Of a stretch of 64,000 nt of DNA, positions 31,844 to 42,019 are shown in pieces. The stretch is taken from NCBI GenBank assembly GCA_963704215.1, contig CAVPHK010000007.1, forward strand, positions 10,823-74,822, given 5' to 3'. Below the pieces are notes generated by a model, which did no database searches, was not told where the DNA came from, and saw nothing but the letters and a program-made list of their open reading frames with translations. How positions within the stretch are numbered: position 1 is the first letter of the stretch; every line of letters starts with the position of its first letter. This stretch comes from an uncultured Flavobacteriaceae bacterium (GTDB lineage: Bacteria > Bacteroidota > Bacteroidia > Flavobacteriales > Flavobacteriaceae). Position numbers and translations under genes: made by a program.

Positions 31844-32479
31844 TTATTCACATAAGAGGTTATAATCATCTACAATTTGAGCTATATCATAATCTTCATA
31901 TAACTCATTATCTATATAAGACAAAACATCAGGGCAATCAGAAAAGTATTTTTTTGCATAGTTTTTAAAAGTTCGAAGATTTAAGCCAATGCCATCGGAT
32001 TCATTGATTACACGAGTTGCAACGGTTTCATTTTCGCGAATCATATAAAACTCTTGATATTTTTCAATTTTTTTGTTGCCGAAAGGGTTATTGTCCGTTG
32101 GTATTAATGAATTTCTTCCAATTTTGATTGTTCTTACATAAAGCTTTACTTTTCCATTTCTGATTAACTTAAATATAGCCATTCTTTTATTAGAAATTGC
32201 TACATACTCATAGTAACCTAAATTTGGATCGAATGTCGCAAAAAAGACTTTGTCCACTTCTGTCTCATCGAATTTTTTCTTATTTCCTTTTTCGTCTTTT
32301 TTATATTCAAGTTTAGTACTTGGTATTGAAAGTAAACCATGAGTAACCATTGGTATTTTTAATAGCCCTTTTAGGGTTTCTCCATTTTTCAAAACTAATT
32401 TCCCTGGAGTCCAGTCATATTGACTGTAACTAAAAGAATAGAAGAGAATGAAAATGATTAAAATAATTTTTCTTGACAT
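31844..32479 (-). CDS. Secreted hypothetical protein (cassette 1 cargo)
   Basis: Signal peptide MSRKIILIIFILFYSFSYSQ; GKLVLKNGETLKG and YFSDCP motifs typical of Bacteroidota hypothetical proteins. Confidence 0.8.
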   Translation of the reverse strand: MSRKIILIIFILFYSFSYSQYDWTPGKLVLKNGETLKGLLKIPMVTHGLLSIPSTKLEYKKDEKGNKKKFDETEVDKVFFATFDPNLGYYEYVAISNKRMAIFKLIRNGKVKLYVRTIKIGRNSLIPTDNNPFGNKKIEKYQEFYMIRENETVATRVINESDGIGLNLRTFKNYAKKYFSDCPDVLSYIDNELYEDYDIAQIVDDYNLLCE

Positions 32480-32490
32480 TTCTTATTCAA

Positions 32491-32631
32491 ATTGTTTACA
32501 ACGGTCTCGGCTATGAGTAGTGGCGTGGTTTGGCACTTAACTTTGCAAGTACACACCAAGCTGAAAATCCGCGAGGATTTTCAGAAGCAGGCGAGAACAA
32601 GCAATTACTTATAGCCATTGTGGCCAGCAGT
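32491..32631 (-). mobile_element. attC-like site 2
   Basis: AAC-ggtctc-GGCTATGAGTAGTGGC ... GCAATTACTTATAGCC-att-GTG imperfect palindrome; perfect central hairpin CTGAAAATCC-GCGA-GGATTTTCAG. Confidence 0.7.
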
Positions 32632-32634
32632 ATT

Positions 32635-34128
32635 TTATTTTCTTTCAATTTTCACTAATCCTTGTCTCGTTGACAAATACAAATCTCCGTTATTGTCAAA
32701 AGTCATAGTTGAAATATAAGAGGTAGGTATTTCAGAGTTTTCTGTATGATAATTCTCCCAATTGCCATTCAAATCATATCTAACCAATCCTGCTCTATCG
32801 GTTGAAATCCAAATAATATTTTCTTTTTTGTCATAAAGAACACACGTTGCATGGTTAAAGGGCATACCAGAATTTTCAGTTGTAAATTGTTTGAAGTTAC
32901 CATTTACATCTCGTATTGCTATTCCCTCGTCATTGTTAACTTGCTTTTTGTTTTTTCTGTCAAATTCGTAAAGTGTAAAGTATAGGTTTCCATTTTCGTC
33001 TTCGTCCATCGAAGTGATGCATTTTCCTTTTAAAACTGTTGATGATTTCTCGAAATTTGTTACTTGATTATTTTCATCAATCATTGCTGTTCCATCGTAA
33101 GTTCCAATCCAAATTCTGTTTTTAGAATCTCTTTTAGCAAATGAAACTCTATCTCCAGGTAAGTCTTTGAATAAGTTCTTATCAATTTTTGACCAATTAC
33201 CATCTTTAAGAATAGTTATTCCATTTTTTGAGCAGAAAAATAACTCGCCTGTTTTTGAGTTGTTAACAATATTATGCGCAGAATTAATCCCAATTTGCGT
33301 TGAGTCATATTTTACCCATTTATCATTATCATAACTGTATATATTGTTTTTAGCATAAATCCATTTTACATTATTGTTATCTGTTGCTAATTCGTAATAG
33401 CCGAAGTATTTACCTTTATCAGAAATATTTTGTTCGGCATTTTTAAATTCGCTTCCATCAAAAGTTACTAAACCTTGGCTGACGGTGACCCATATTAAAC
33501 CATTTTTATCAATAGAAATATGGTCATTCCAATTATTGGGTAAATTTGAGTTTTTTGAGTTCCAAACAGTTATTTTATAATTGCTTAAGCTTTCGTTCTT
33601 ATAAACGTAATTTTCATTATAGATTTCTGGGCTATTTGGCTTGTCAAATGATTTCTCGAAAGCCTCTTTATCAACTCTCTCAATTTGTCCTACAATTTTG
33701 TTGTTATCTACTTTGAAACCAATATTAATTGAAGATTTTTCTTCTATTTTACCGTTTGTTATTGCAGGTGTCCAATTTTTGAATCGATTCAGCTCTTTAA
33801 TTAATTTCCGCGTTATGAAGTTTTTTGATTGGTCTGTATGACTTAAAACACAAGCTCGTCCTTTTGAATCAACGAGAACTTGAAACATAACAGCACCTTT
33901 AATTCCATCCAATTTTAGTTCATCGTTCAATTTTTCTTGAAGGTTTAAAAACTCTTTTTCTTGATAACCAGCTTTGGTGTCTCCGCAGTCTAGACAAAAT
34001 TTATCAGTCTTACAGCTGTCTAATTTTACAGGGAAAAGATTTTGGGCGTTTAATGAGAATGTAATTCCCATAAATAATATAAAAAAAGGTAATTTCATTA
34101 AGTCAATTTTTTCTATGTGTTTGTTCAT
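32635..34128 (-). CDS. Secreted protein with TonB-C-like N-terminal region and beta-propeller (two-component-regulator propeller-like) repeats (cassette 2 cargo)
   Basis: Signal peptide ...TFSLNAQ; KGAVMFQVLVDSKG...WTPAITNGK; repeats NSNLPNN, NSGMPFN, NSEIPTS, DSKNRIWIGT. Confidence 0.75.
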   Translation of the reverse strand: MNKHIEKIDLMKLPFFILFMGITFSLNAQNLFPVKLDSCKTDKFCLDCGDTKAGYQEKEFLNLQEKLNDELKLDGIKGAVMFQVLVDSKGRACVLSHTDQSKNFITRKLIKELNRFKNWTPAITNGKIEEKSSINIGFKVDNNKIVGQIERVDKEAFEKSFDKPNSPEIYNENYVYKNESLSNYKITVWNSKNSNLPNNWNDHISIDKNGLIWVTVSQGLVTFDGSEFKNAEQNISDKGKYFGYYELATDNNNVKWIYAKNNIYSYDNDKWVKYDSTQIGINSAHNIVNNSKTGELFFCSKNGITILKDGNWSKIDKNLFKDLPGDRVSFAKRDSKNRIWIGTYDGTAMIDENNQVTNFEKSSTVLKGKCITSMDEDENGNLYFTLYEFDRKNKKQVNNDEGIAIRDVNGNFKQFTTENSGMPFNHATCVLYDKKENIIWISTDRAGLVRYDLNGNWENYHTENSEIPTSYISTMTFDNNGDLYLSTRQGLVKIERK

Positions 34129-34260
34129 ATTACTGGCAACAACAATATAATAAACATTATGTTCATTATACCACTAATTAAGATGTATAAAAACATGTTA
34201 TATATATCTTTCAAAATACGAATATAATAAATATTCACTTACAAAATATTACAGCTTAAA
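34129..34260 (-). mobile_element. attI-like array leader (GTTGCCAGTAAT fused to AT-rich non-attC DNA)
   Basis: The GTT core abuts the ATG of cassette 2 and is complementary to that cassette's downstream end; no attC-like hairpin upstream. Confidence 0.45.
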
Positions 34261-34307
34261 ATAACACAAAAAGGCTGCTTTTTTTTAACGGCTTAGCCTA
34301 CTTACCT

Positions 34308-35301
34308 TTAATAGTTACTAAAAACCTCATAGGTTATAGCAATGGCTATTTGGTGGTTTGTACCTGCTACATCTTCTAGTTTATAGGCTACTTTAAAATC
34401 GTATTGATTCATCTCTGCAAAATAGTTGCCCGAATTAGGATAGTATAATTGACCAACAATGGGGCTTTCTTGGTACGACCCTGGTGCTACACGCCCAAAT
34501 AATTCAAAAGGATAGAAGTCTTTGTTTACTTCAAAATCTTCATTAAAGCCCACAAACACCGTTGAAAATGGATTTTGGTTATTATTAAATTTAGTAATAA
34601 AATTAGTTTCCATTTTTACAGGTCGAATAAACTTAATTTTGCTATAGTTTAAATTATGGTCTTTAGCTAATCCATTAGTTTATAATTTTCCTCTTTTAAA
34701 GTACCAGAATAATAATCTTGATTGTTTTCTTCGGTTATAAAATTAAAATTATAGGTAACGGTTATAACTTCTTTTTTTAAATTAGCCAATGGCACCATGG
34801 TAAAGGTGCTCACATTGGTCCATAAACTATATTTTTGTGGATAACTTATATCTGTCGATCTTAATCTATAGGCTACAAAAACAGTATCTGTGATAACCCC
34901 ATTATATTGATTTAGACCGATAATAATGAACAAACTGGTTACCGTAACCTGATGAAAAATTATTATTCAACAAATGAAATTTTTCATATTCAAAGCAATC
35001 GTAAGGTTTGTTAAGCTCAATTATTTGAAGTTCGGTATTCCATAAACCATTAGGCAATTCCCATTTAATGTTTACTAACTCATCTGAATAAAATATAGGG
35101 GTGATTGCAGTTTCTGGTGAGGTAATTATAGGCTTTTCGTATTTGGCAAAATATTTCAAGCTATCTGGTGTTGGCATTACCTTTTCGCAAGGATCGGTTG
35201 AAACGGTTGTGAGTATTATCTGAATTATTATCACAAGAAACAATCAATAAAAACAGATGTAGCAAACTTAAAATTGAAAGCGTATTAATTTTAAACACCA
35301 T
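34308..35301 (-). CDS. Hypothetical lipoprotein (three apparent frameshifts)
   Basis: MVFKINTLSILSLLHLFLLIVSC lipobox at 35301; three consecutive co-oriented ORF fragments. Confidence 0.55.
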
Positions 35302-35438
35302 AAATTATAATATAAAATGTGATAAACTAATGTAATTGATTTTTTTCAATTAAAAGAGTGAATTGTCTTATAAAATAAATCATCAATATTTAAACATAAA
35401 AATGTTGTGAGAACGTATGCACTTTCCCGAGCACTTGT

Positions 35439-36361
35439 TTACGGACTTTTATCTGTTTGATTGATATCGAATACAGGAATTTTAACAATTTCGAAGGTTG
35501 CAGATGCCAACATCACTTTTCCGTTTGTTTCTTCTATTCGTTGACCAATAATTTCGTTTAGATCGGTGTTTGGTGCCTCTTCGTTTTTTATAGTCTACAA
35601 TGTATCTTAAATTAAAAGAAATCCAATTATCGGTTAACGTAATGGCAAGTGTGGGGTCTACATTGGCATCTTCAATATAATATTTATCGACTACTTTTTT
35701 CCAATCGGCAATCGATTCCTGAACATATTCAGAAAGATGCTCGGTAGCTACACTAATAATTATAGATTTTGCTAATTCAATATCAGACCCATAGCGAATA
35801 GGTAAATTAAATTCATCCCAAACAAAAGGAAAATCTTGCGAATAGTTATAAACGGGACCGCGAAAAACAAATGCATTACTTAGTTTCACTATTCGACCGC
35901 TATAATTATCGCTAGACACCCATTGCCCAATTTCCATCATCGTTGTATAAATGCTGTCAACATCAATAACATCGCCTTTTATGCCATTAATTTCAATTCT
36001 ATCTCCTGGTTTATAAACACGTACAAAAAATATGTAAAACGACCCTGCAATACTTAAAATTAATTCTTGTAATGTAATGGTAATTCCGGCAGATAACAAG
36101 CCCAATAGCTAAACCAAAATCTTTGATATTACCAGTGAAATATGAGATTGATATGCGTATTAAAAGAATAAATCCAAAAATTTCAATGCCTTTTTGAGAT
36201 TTATAACGAATCAGAAGTGTCTCGGAAATATATATTTTCAAATAGCGTTTAAAAAAGGCAATAATAGAAAACACCAAAACAATCCATAAAAAGTATTTTA
36301 ATAGTTTTACAGATGTTGGATTTTCAATCATCCAATTTTTTATACTTTCAAAAGTATCCAT
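35439..36361 (-). CDS. Small-conductance mechanosensitive channel MscS family (two frameshifts)
   Basis: GLLSAGITITLQE, YKPGDRIEINGIKGDVIDV, YNYS, ASATFEIV. Confidence 0.82.
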
Positions 36362-36470
36362 GTTATTTGATTAAAACAACAAACCTTTTTGGTTGAAATA
36401 AGAACCTTCAATCCTTTTCAATAAAGTTACTTCTTTAATACATGAAAATCAACATTTAAGGCAAAAAATA

Positions 36471-36502
36471 AATCCCTTTTAAGTATACAACAAAAAGGGA
36501 TT
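36471..36502 (-). terminator. Probable intrinsic terminator
   Basis: AATCCCTTTT...AAAAGGGATT inverted repeat downstream of 36557..37384, with a T-rich tail on the minus strand. Confidence 0.5.
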
Positions 36503-36556
36503 AAAGTCTTATAAACATATTGAGGGTAATCAACTAAATGAACCTCGAATTTAAGT

Positions 36557-37384
36557 TTATTCATCTACGCGAACTTGACTCTCAATCACGTCTTTTATAG
36601 GAATTACAAATTTGCCTTTGGTTGTTTTTATGGTTACAGATATACCATCTATCGCAATTATTTCGCCAGTTATATTATTAAATTCTATAATCTGACCAAT
36701 TTCGTAGGTTTTTCTGGCATAAAAGGTTCTTAATAAATCGCCCACCACTTTTTGAGCTCCAAGGCCTAATGCCAAAGCAAAAGCTAATAAAAACGCTGCC
36801 AAAATCATGGTAATGTTATTTGTAATAATTTCGGTGTTTACGCCTGCTTGGTTTAAAGCTGTTATGGAAATGAATATTAAAAAGATAAAAAACACTAACT
36901 GGCTAATAATTTTTGAACCCGATATCTCCATCGATTCAAACAGTGATTTTAATCCGTTTTTAACCAGATTTGCTAGTAACAAGCCTACAATAAATATTAT
37001 TAGCGCCGCAAACAACCTTGGTAAATACCCTAAAAAGTTGCTTATTTCTTGTGAAATAATTTGCAAGCCCAAAATATCTGATGCCATTATTAACAGCATA
37101 ATATAGATAAGCCATTTTACAAATACCGAAACTATTTTAATTGTATTAAAGTTTAACTTTTTGCCTTCAATAATTTCAATTTCGTTTATGGTTTCGTCTA
37201 ATTTATCGGCTTTGGCAAGCGTTAATACTTTTTTAATAATACGTACTGCCAGTTTTGCAAATAACCAACCTATTATTAAAACTACTAAGGTTCCTATAAT
37301 ATTTGGAAATATACTAGATATTTCAAACCATACCTTGGTTAAAGATTCAAGCGCTATCTCTTTCCACTGTGTTGCTTTTTCCAT
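36557..37384 (-). CDS. TM-helix-repeat / MscS-like membrane protein
   Basis: PNIIGTLVVLIIGW and YLPRLFAALIIF repeats; ALGLGAQ; YEIGQIIEF beta domain. Confidence 0.82.
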   Translation of the reverse strand: MEKATQWKEIALESLTKVWFEISSIFPNIIGTLVVLIIGWLFAKLAVRIIKKVLTLAKADKLDETINEIEIIEGKKLNFNTIKIVSVFVKWLIYIMLLIMASDILGLQIISQEISNFLGYLPRLFAALIIFIVGLLLANLVKNGLKSLFESMEISGSKIISQLVFFIFLIFISITALNQAGVNTEIITNNITMILAAFLLAFALALGLGAQKVVGDLLRTFYARKTYEIGQIIEFNNITGEIIAIDGISVTIKTTKGKFVIPIKDVIESQVRVDE

Positions 37385-37414
37385 TTTTAATTTGTTATTA
37401 GGGGTTTGGTTATT

Positions 37415-37588
37415 TTATTTTTCTCTACTTTTTATAACAGACTCTATAACGTTTCCAATATTATAAGAAAACAGTGTTGCTAAATCCATAAGTAACTTAG
37501 CCATGGCAATATCGTTCATTACCTTAGCCTTAAGTTCTGGCGGAACTTCTTTAAGTGGCTGGTTTATATGTTTAAACGGATTTTCCAT
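37415..37588 (-). CDS. Small 57-aa protein translationally coupled to the ECF sigma factor (possible anti-sigma or accessory factor)
   Basis: MENPFKHINQPLKEVPPELKAKVMNDIAMAKLLMDLATLFSYNIGNVIESVIKSREK; TAATG overlap with the sigma stop; absent from the ORF track. Confidence 0.7.
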   Translation of the reverse strand: MENPFKHINQPLKEVPPELKAKVMNDIAMAKLLMDLATLFSYNIGNVIESVIKSREK

Positions 37589-38161
37589 TAGTTAAATTTT
37601 TCATTATAAACGGCAACGAGCTTGTCTTTAGCCCTTTTTATGCGCATTTTTACGGCACTTTCGCCAATATCTAAAACACTTTCTATTTCTTTAATACTCA
37701 AAAAATCTTGATATTTTAAGAGTAAAATCATTTTCTCGTCCGGAGAAATAAGTTCTAATGCTTTTTGCAAATTTTCGACTTTCATCTCTAAAAAACTACT
37801 CTCGTCTTCAACATCCGACAGGTTTTCTAATTCTGCATAATCTGCTGTTTGTTTTTCAAATTTTTTAGCTGTGTTTCTTGTTACATAATTAACGCAATGA
37901 TTATATGTAAACGCGTATAACCAGGTTGAAAATTTAGAATTCCCTTTAAAACTGGCTAACTTAACAAAGAGTTTTAAAAACACATCTTGAGTTAAATCTT
38001 TGGCTTCGTGCTCGTCTTTTGCAAAACCATAACACTTGTTAAAAACCAATTTGGAATATCTGTCATATAAAATCTCAAACAGCAAAGTATCATTGTTTTT
38101 AACAATGACCTTTAATCAGATCGTCATCTGATAGTTCTTTACTATTTTTAAAAGTTTCCAA
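37588..38161 (-). CDS. ECF RNA polymerase sigma factor (frameshift near 38111)
   Basis: AKDLTQDVFLK, SKFSTWLY, SIKEIESVLDIGESAVKMRIKRAK; TTG start at 38161. Confidence 0.88.
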
Positions 38162-38340
38162 ATGTAGCTTACGCTAGTTTATTTAATCGTTATAATATGA
38201 CACTCTTTCATACAAAAAGTCACTTTGTATTATTCAAAAATAGTAAAGTTTTTCTTAATTAAAATTTTAGATTGCATAGATGCCCTAAATAAATTCAGAA
38301 TGGTTTAAATTTGCAACTGTTTATCGAATTTAACCAGCAT

Positions 38341-39108
38341 ATGGATTCTTCAAAAGAACTAATAAAAGCTACTAATTTACTCTTAGATATTTCTTCGCTT
38401 CTCATGGTCTCGGGAGCTAATACCGTTCGTGTAAATTTGAGTATTGCTCGGTTTGCTGCTGGATTAAATTTTAAAACTTCCTGCTTTATTAGTCATAAAA
38501 GTATCATTATGACTTTATATGAAGAAGATTCTATACAAAGTTGTACCCGCGTTAAAAACATTCCACCACACGCCATCAATTTTTCAATAATTTCTGCAAT
38601 TAGTAAAGCAAGTTGGGATGCCGTAACCGAAAACTGGACGCTCGACCAAATTTCTACCGAAATTGAAAAAATTAAAACTACCAAAAGGTATTCAAAACTT
38701 ACAGTGCTTATCGCGGTAAGTTTAGCAGGTGCTGGATTTTGTAATATTTTTCAAGGTGATTATTTAAATATGCTCGTTGCTTTTATAAGCACATTTGTTG
38801 GCTTAATTATTTTTCAATTAACCCATAAAGTAAAATACAACGTGTATATCCGTATATTTTTAGGATCGTTTATTGCATCGCTTATCGCCGGACTTGGAAT
38901 TATTTATAATATTGGCGAGCATCCACAAGCAGCCTTAGCCACATCGATACTTTATTTGGTGCCCGGGGTGGCATTAATTAACTCGTTTACAGATTTCTTA
39001 GATAACAACATCATTAACGGTATGGTGCGCTTTACCTCTGGCCTTATGACGGTTTTAGCCATTGCCCTCGGATTATTTGTAACCATGATAATTTTTCAAT
39101 TACACTAA
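38341..39108 (+). CDS. Threonine/serine exporter ThrE family, subunit 1
   Basis: LLMVSGANTVRV, LVPGVALIN. Confidence 0.85.
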   Translation: MDSSKELIKATNLLLDISSLLMVSGANTVRVNLSIARFAAGLNFKTSCFISHKSIIMTLYEEDSIQSCTRVKNIPPHAINFSIISAISKASWDAVTENWTLDQISTEIEKIKTTKRYSKLTVLIAVSLAGAGFCNIFQGDYLNMLVAFISTFVGLIIFQLTHKVKYNVYIRIFLGSFIASLIAGLGIIYNIGEHPQAALATSILYLVPGVALINSFTDFLDNNIINGMVRFTSGLMTVLAIALGLFVTMIIFQLH

Positions 39109-39109
39109 T

Positions 39110-39598
39110 ATGTTAGAAATTATTTTAAAATTATTAGAAGTTGCTGTTTGGTCTGGAATAGCGGCGCTGGGATTTGGAATTCTATTTAATATACCAAAAG
39201 GATCCATTTTTACCGTTATCGCATTAGGATTTGTGGCAGGATTAATAAAATTCACCTTGTTAAAATTTGGGGTACATATTGTTCTAGCCACCTTTATTGG
39301 AGTACTTTTTGTAGCCATTATAAGCATGCCTATTGCTCATAAAATTCATCATCCACCAGTGGTGTTTTGTATTCCACCAGTGATACCCATGATACCAGGT
39401 TATTTTGCTTATGAAACGGTGTTGGCAGTTATGAATTTTCTTTTTATTGAAAAAGATGCGGCTAAAAAACTGGTACTTATTGATGCTATATTTTCTAACG
39501 GATTTACCATGCTTTTTATATTAATTTCCATTACCGTAGGTATTTCATTACCCATGTTGGTATTACGAAAAAGTACCGTAAAAAAAATTGAAGACTAG
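39110..39598 (+). CDS. Threonine/serine exporter ThrE family, subunit 2
   Basis: GFGILFNIP, PVIPMIPG. Confidence 0.85.
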   Translation: MLEIILKLLEVAVWSGIAALGFGILFNIPKGSIFTVIALGFVAGLIKFTLLKFGVHIVLATFIGVLFVAIISMPIAHKIHHPPVVFCIPPVIPMIPGYFAYETVLAVMNFLFIEKDAAKKLVLIDAIFSNGFTMLFILISITVGISLPMLVLRKSTVKKIED

Positions 39599-39617
39599 TT
39601 TAATTAAATTTAAAAGA

Positions 39618-40398
39618 ATGAGCAAATTACTTTCTGTATTATTAGCATTTTTTATTTTTACCACAGCACAATTGCATGCAGACGATGACTGGAGTGCCAC
39701 AGGGCATCGTGTAGTAGGTAAGATAGCCACAAGTATTTAAAACCTGCAACGAAAAGGAAATATTAAAAAACTACTTAATAATCAATCGTTAGATTTTGTT
39801 TCAACCTATGCCGACGACATTAAGTCTGACAAACGTTACGATGAATTTTATACCTGGCATTTTATTAATATCCCTTTAGAATCTGATTATGAAACATCTG
39901 AAAAAAATCCGAAAGGTGATTTAGTTACTGGCATAAACTATTGCATTTCAGTGATAAAAGATAAAAATGCTAAGCTTGAAGACAAAGCGTTTTATTTGAA
40001 GTTATTAATTCATTTTATTGGCGATTTACATCAACCCATGCATGTTGGTCTTTTAGAAGATAAAGGTGGAAACGATTTTAAATTAAAATGGTTTTATGAT
40101 GACACGAATTTACATGCTGTTTGGGACAGAGAAATGATTGACAGCTACGGCATGAGTTATACGGAACTTGCTGATAATGCTGATGTATTGAATAAAAACC
40201 AAGTAAAAACCATTCAAGAAGGCTCTTTAATTGATTGGGTGAATGATACGCACAATATTAACGAGACAGGTTTATGCACATGTAAAACCCGGTGAAAATT
40301 TACGCTATAGCTATTCTTATGATAATTTTGAAACCGTTAGATCTCAACTGCAAAAAGCAGGCATTCGCTTAGCAAAAGTTTTGAATAACATATTCTAA
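39618..40398 (+). CDS. S1/P1 nuclease (several frameshifts)
   Basis: Signal peptide then WSATGH, YADDIKSD, WHF, HFIGDLHQPMH, GGN, NLHAVWD, AGIRLA. Confidence 0.82.
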
Positions 40399-40400
40399 TA

Positions 40401-40429
40401 AAAAAGGTTGACATTAAGTCAACCTTTTT
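40401..40429. terminator. Bidirectional intrinsic terminator
   Basis: AAAAAGGTTGAC-attaa-GTCAACCTTTTT between convergent genes. Confidence 0.85.
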
Positions 40430-40450
40430 AAATTATAGTTATTACGTTTT

Positions 40451-41851
40451 TTAAATATGTAACGCTCTATCTTCAGTAGCAGCCAAAGCAGCTTCTTTAA
40501 TAGCTTCTGTAAACGTTGGATGCGCATGAGACATTCTTGAAACATCTTCAGCAGATGCTCTAAATTCCATAGCAACAACAGCTTCAGCAATCATATCGGC
40601 AGCACGTGCACCAATCATATGAACACCTAAAATTTCATCTGTTTTTTTATCTGCTAGAATTTTTACAAAACCATCTAAATCCATACTCGCTCTACTTCTA
40701 CCTAAAGCACGCATTGGGAATGACCCAACTTTATAGTCTACTCCAGCTTCTTTTAATTGCTCTTCTGTTTTACCAACAGCAGCAACTTCTGGCCATGTGT
40801 AAACAACACCAGGAATTAAATTATAATCGATATGTGGTTTTTGTCCTGCAATAGTTTCAGCAACAAAAACACCTTCTTCTTCAGCTTTATGCGCTAACAT
40901 AGCTCCTTTAACAACATCACCAATGGCATAAATATTTTTAGCCGATGTTTGTAAATGATCGTTCACTTCAATTTGACCTCTATCGGTTAATTTTACACCA
41001 GCAGCTTCAGCATTTAAACCATCTGTATAAGGACGTCTTCCAACAGAAACCAAACAATAATCTCCTTTAAATTCAACTTCTTCACCTTTTTTATTATCTG
41101 CTTTTACAATCACTTCATTGCCTTTACGCTCAACAGATTTTACTTTATGTGAAGTATTAATATTGAATTTTTGCTTTTTCAATACTTTATTCAATTCTTT
41201 TGAAAGACCAGCATCCATTGTTGGAATAATTCTGTCCATATATTCAACAACGGAAACTTCTGCACCTAAACGTTTGTAAACTTGCCCAAGTTCTAAACCA
41301 ATAACACCACCACCAATAACAATTAAATGTTTTGGAATTTCTTTAAGTTTTAAAGCTTCTGTTGATGTAATAACACGTTCTTTATCTAATTTTATAAAAG
41401 GTAAACTTGATGGTTTACTTCCTGTAGCAATAATGGTGTTTTTAGCTTCAATTTCAATAGTTTTTTCACCTTTAATAGTAATATGAGTAGCATCTTTAAA
41501 ACTTCCTAAACCTTGATATACATCAATTTTATTTTTCTTCATTAAAAAATCAATACCACCTGTTGTTTGATCTACAACTGCTTGTTTACGAGCAATCATT
41601 TTTTCAAGATTCACTTTAATATCGCCAGGAATTTCAATACCATGTTCTTCAAAATGTTTAACAGCATCTTCATAATGATGCGAAGAATCTAAAAGTGCTT
41701 TACTTGGAATACAACCTACATTTAAACAGGTTCCACCAAGTGTGTTATATTTTTCTATAATGGCAGTTTTCATGCCTAATTGTGCGCAACGAATGGCTGC
41801 AACATATCCTCCAGGACCTGAGCCAATAATGGCTACATCGTATGAATTCAT
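40451..41851 (-). CDS. lpdA: Dihydrolipoyl dehydrogenase
   Basis: GSGPGGY, GGTCLNVGCIPSK, HAHPTFTE. Confidence 0.96.
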   Translation of the reverse strand: MNSYDVAIIGSGPGGYVAAIRCAQLGMKTAIIEKYNTLGGTCLNVGCIPSKALLDSSHHYEDAVKHFEEHGIEIPGDIKVNLEKMIARKQAVVDQTTGGIDFLMKKNKIDVYQGLGSFKDATHITIKGEKTIEIEAKNTIIATGSKPSSLPFIKLDKERVITSTEALKLKEIPKHLIVIGGGVIGLELGQVYKRLGAEVSVVEYMDRIIPTMDAGLSKELNKVLKKQKFNINTSHKVKSVERKGNEVIVKADNKKGEEVEFKGDYCLVSVGRRPYTDGLNAEAAGVKLTDRGQIEVNDHLQTSAKNIYAIGDVVKGAMLAHKAEEEGVFVAETIAGQKPHIDYNLIPGVVYTWPEVAAVGKTEEQLKEAGVDYKVGSFPMRALGRSRASMDLDGFVKILADKKTDEILGVHMIGARAADMIAEAVVAMEFRASAEDVSRMSHAHPTFTEAIKEAALAATEDRALHI

Positions 41852-42019
41852 AGTATAATATTTGAAGTTCGATTATTAAAAATTGAAAACAAAAATACAA
41901 ATGTTTTATTGTAAGGCAATAAAAAAGAAATGTTAATTAAAATAGTGTTAAAACTTCTACTACATTTAAAAACATGCCTTAAAAAGTTTAGGAATCCATC
42001 AAATTTTCGATGTTGTTTC

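Noticed and set aside
31708-32631. The two long palindromic spacers as CRISPR repeats or simple terminators
   Set aside because: There are no identical 25-45-bp repeats with unique spacers and no cas genes. They are too long and lack U-tracts for plain terminators, and the gene-specific end complementarity fits cassettes better.
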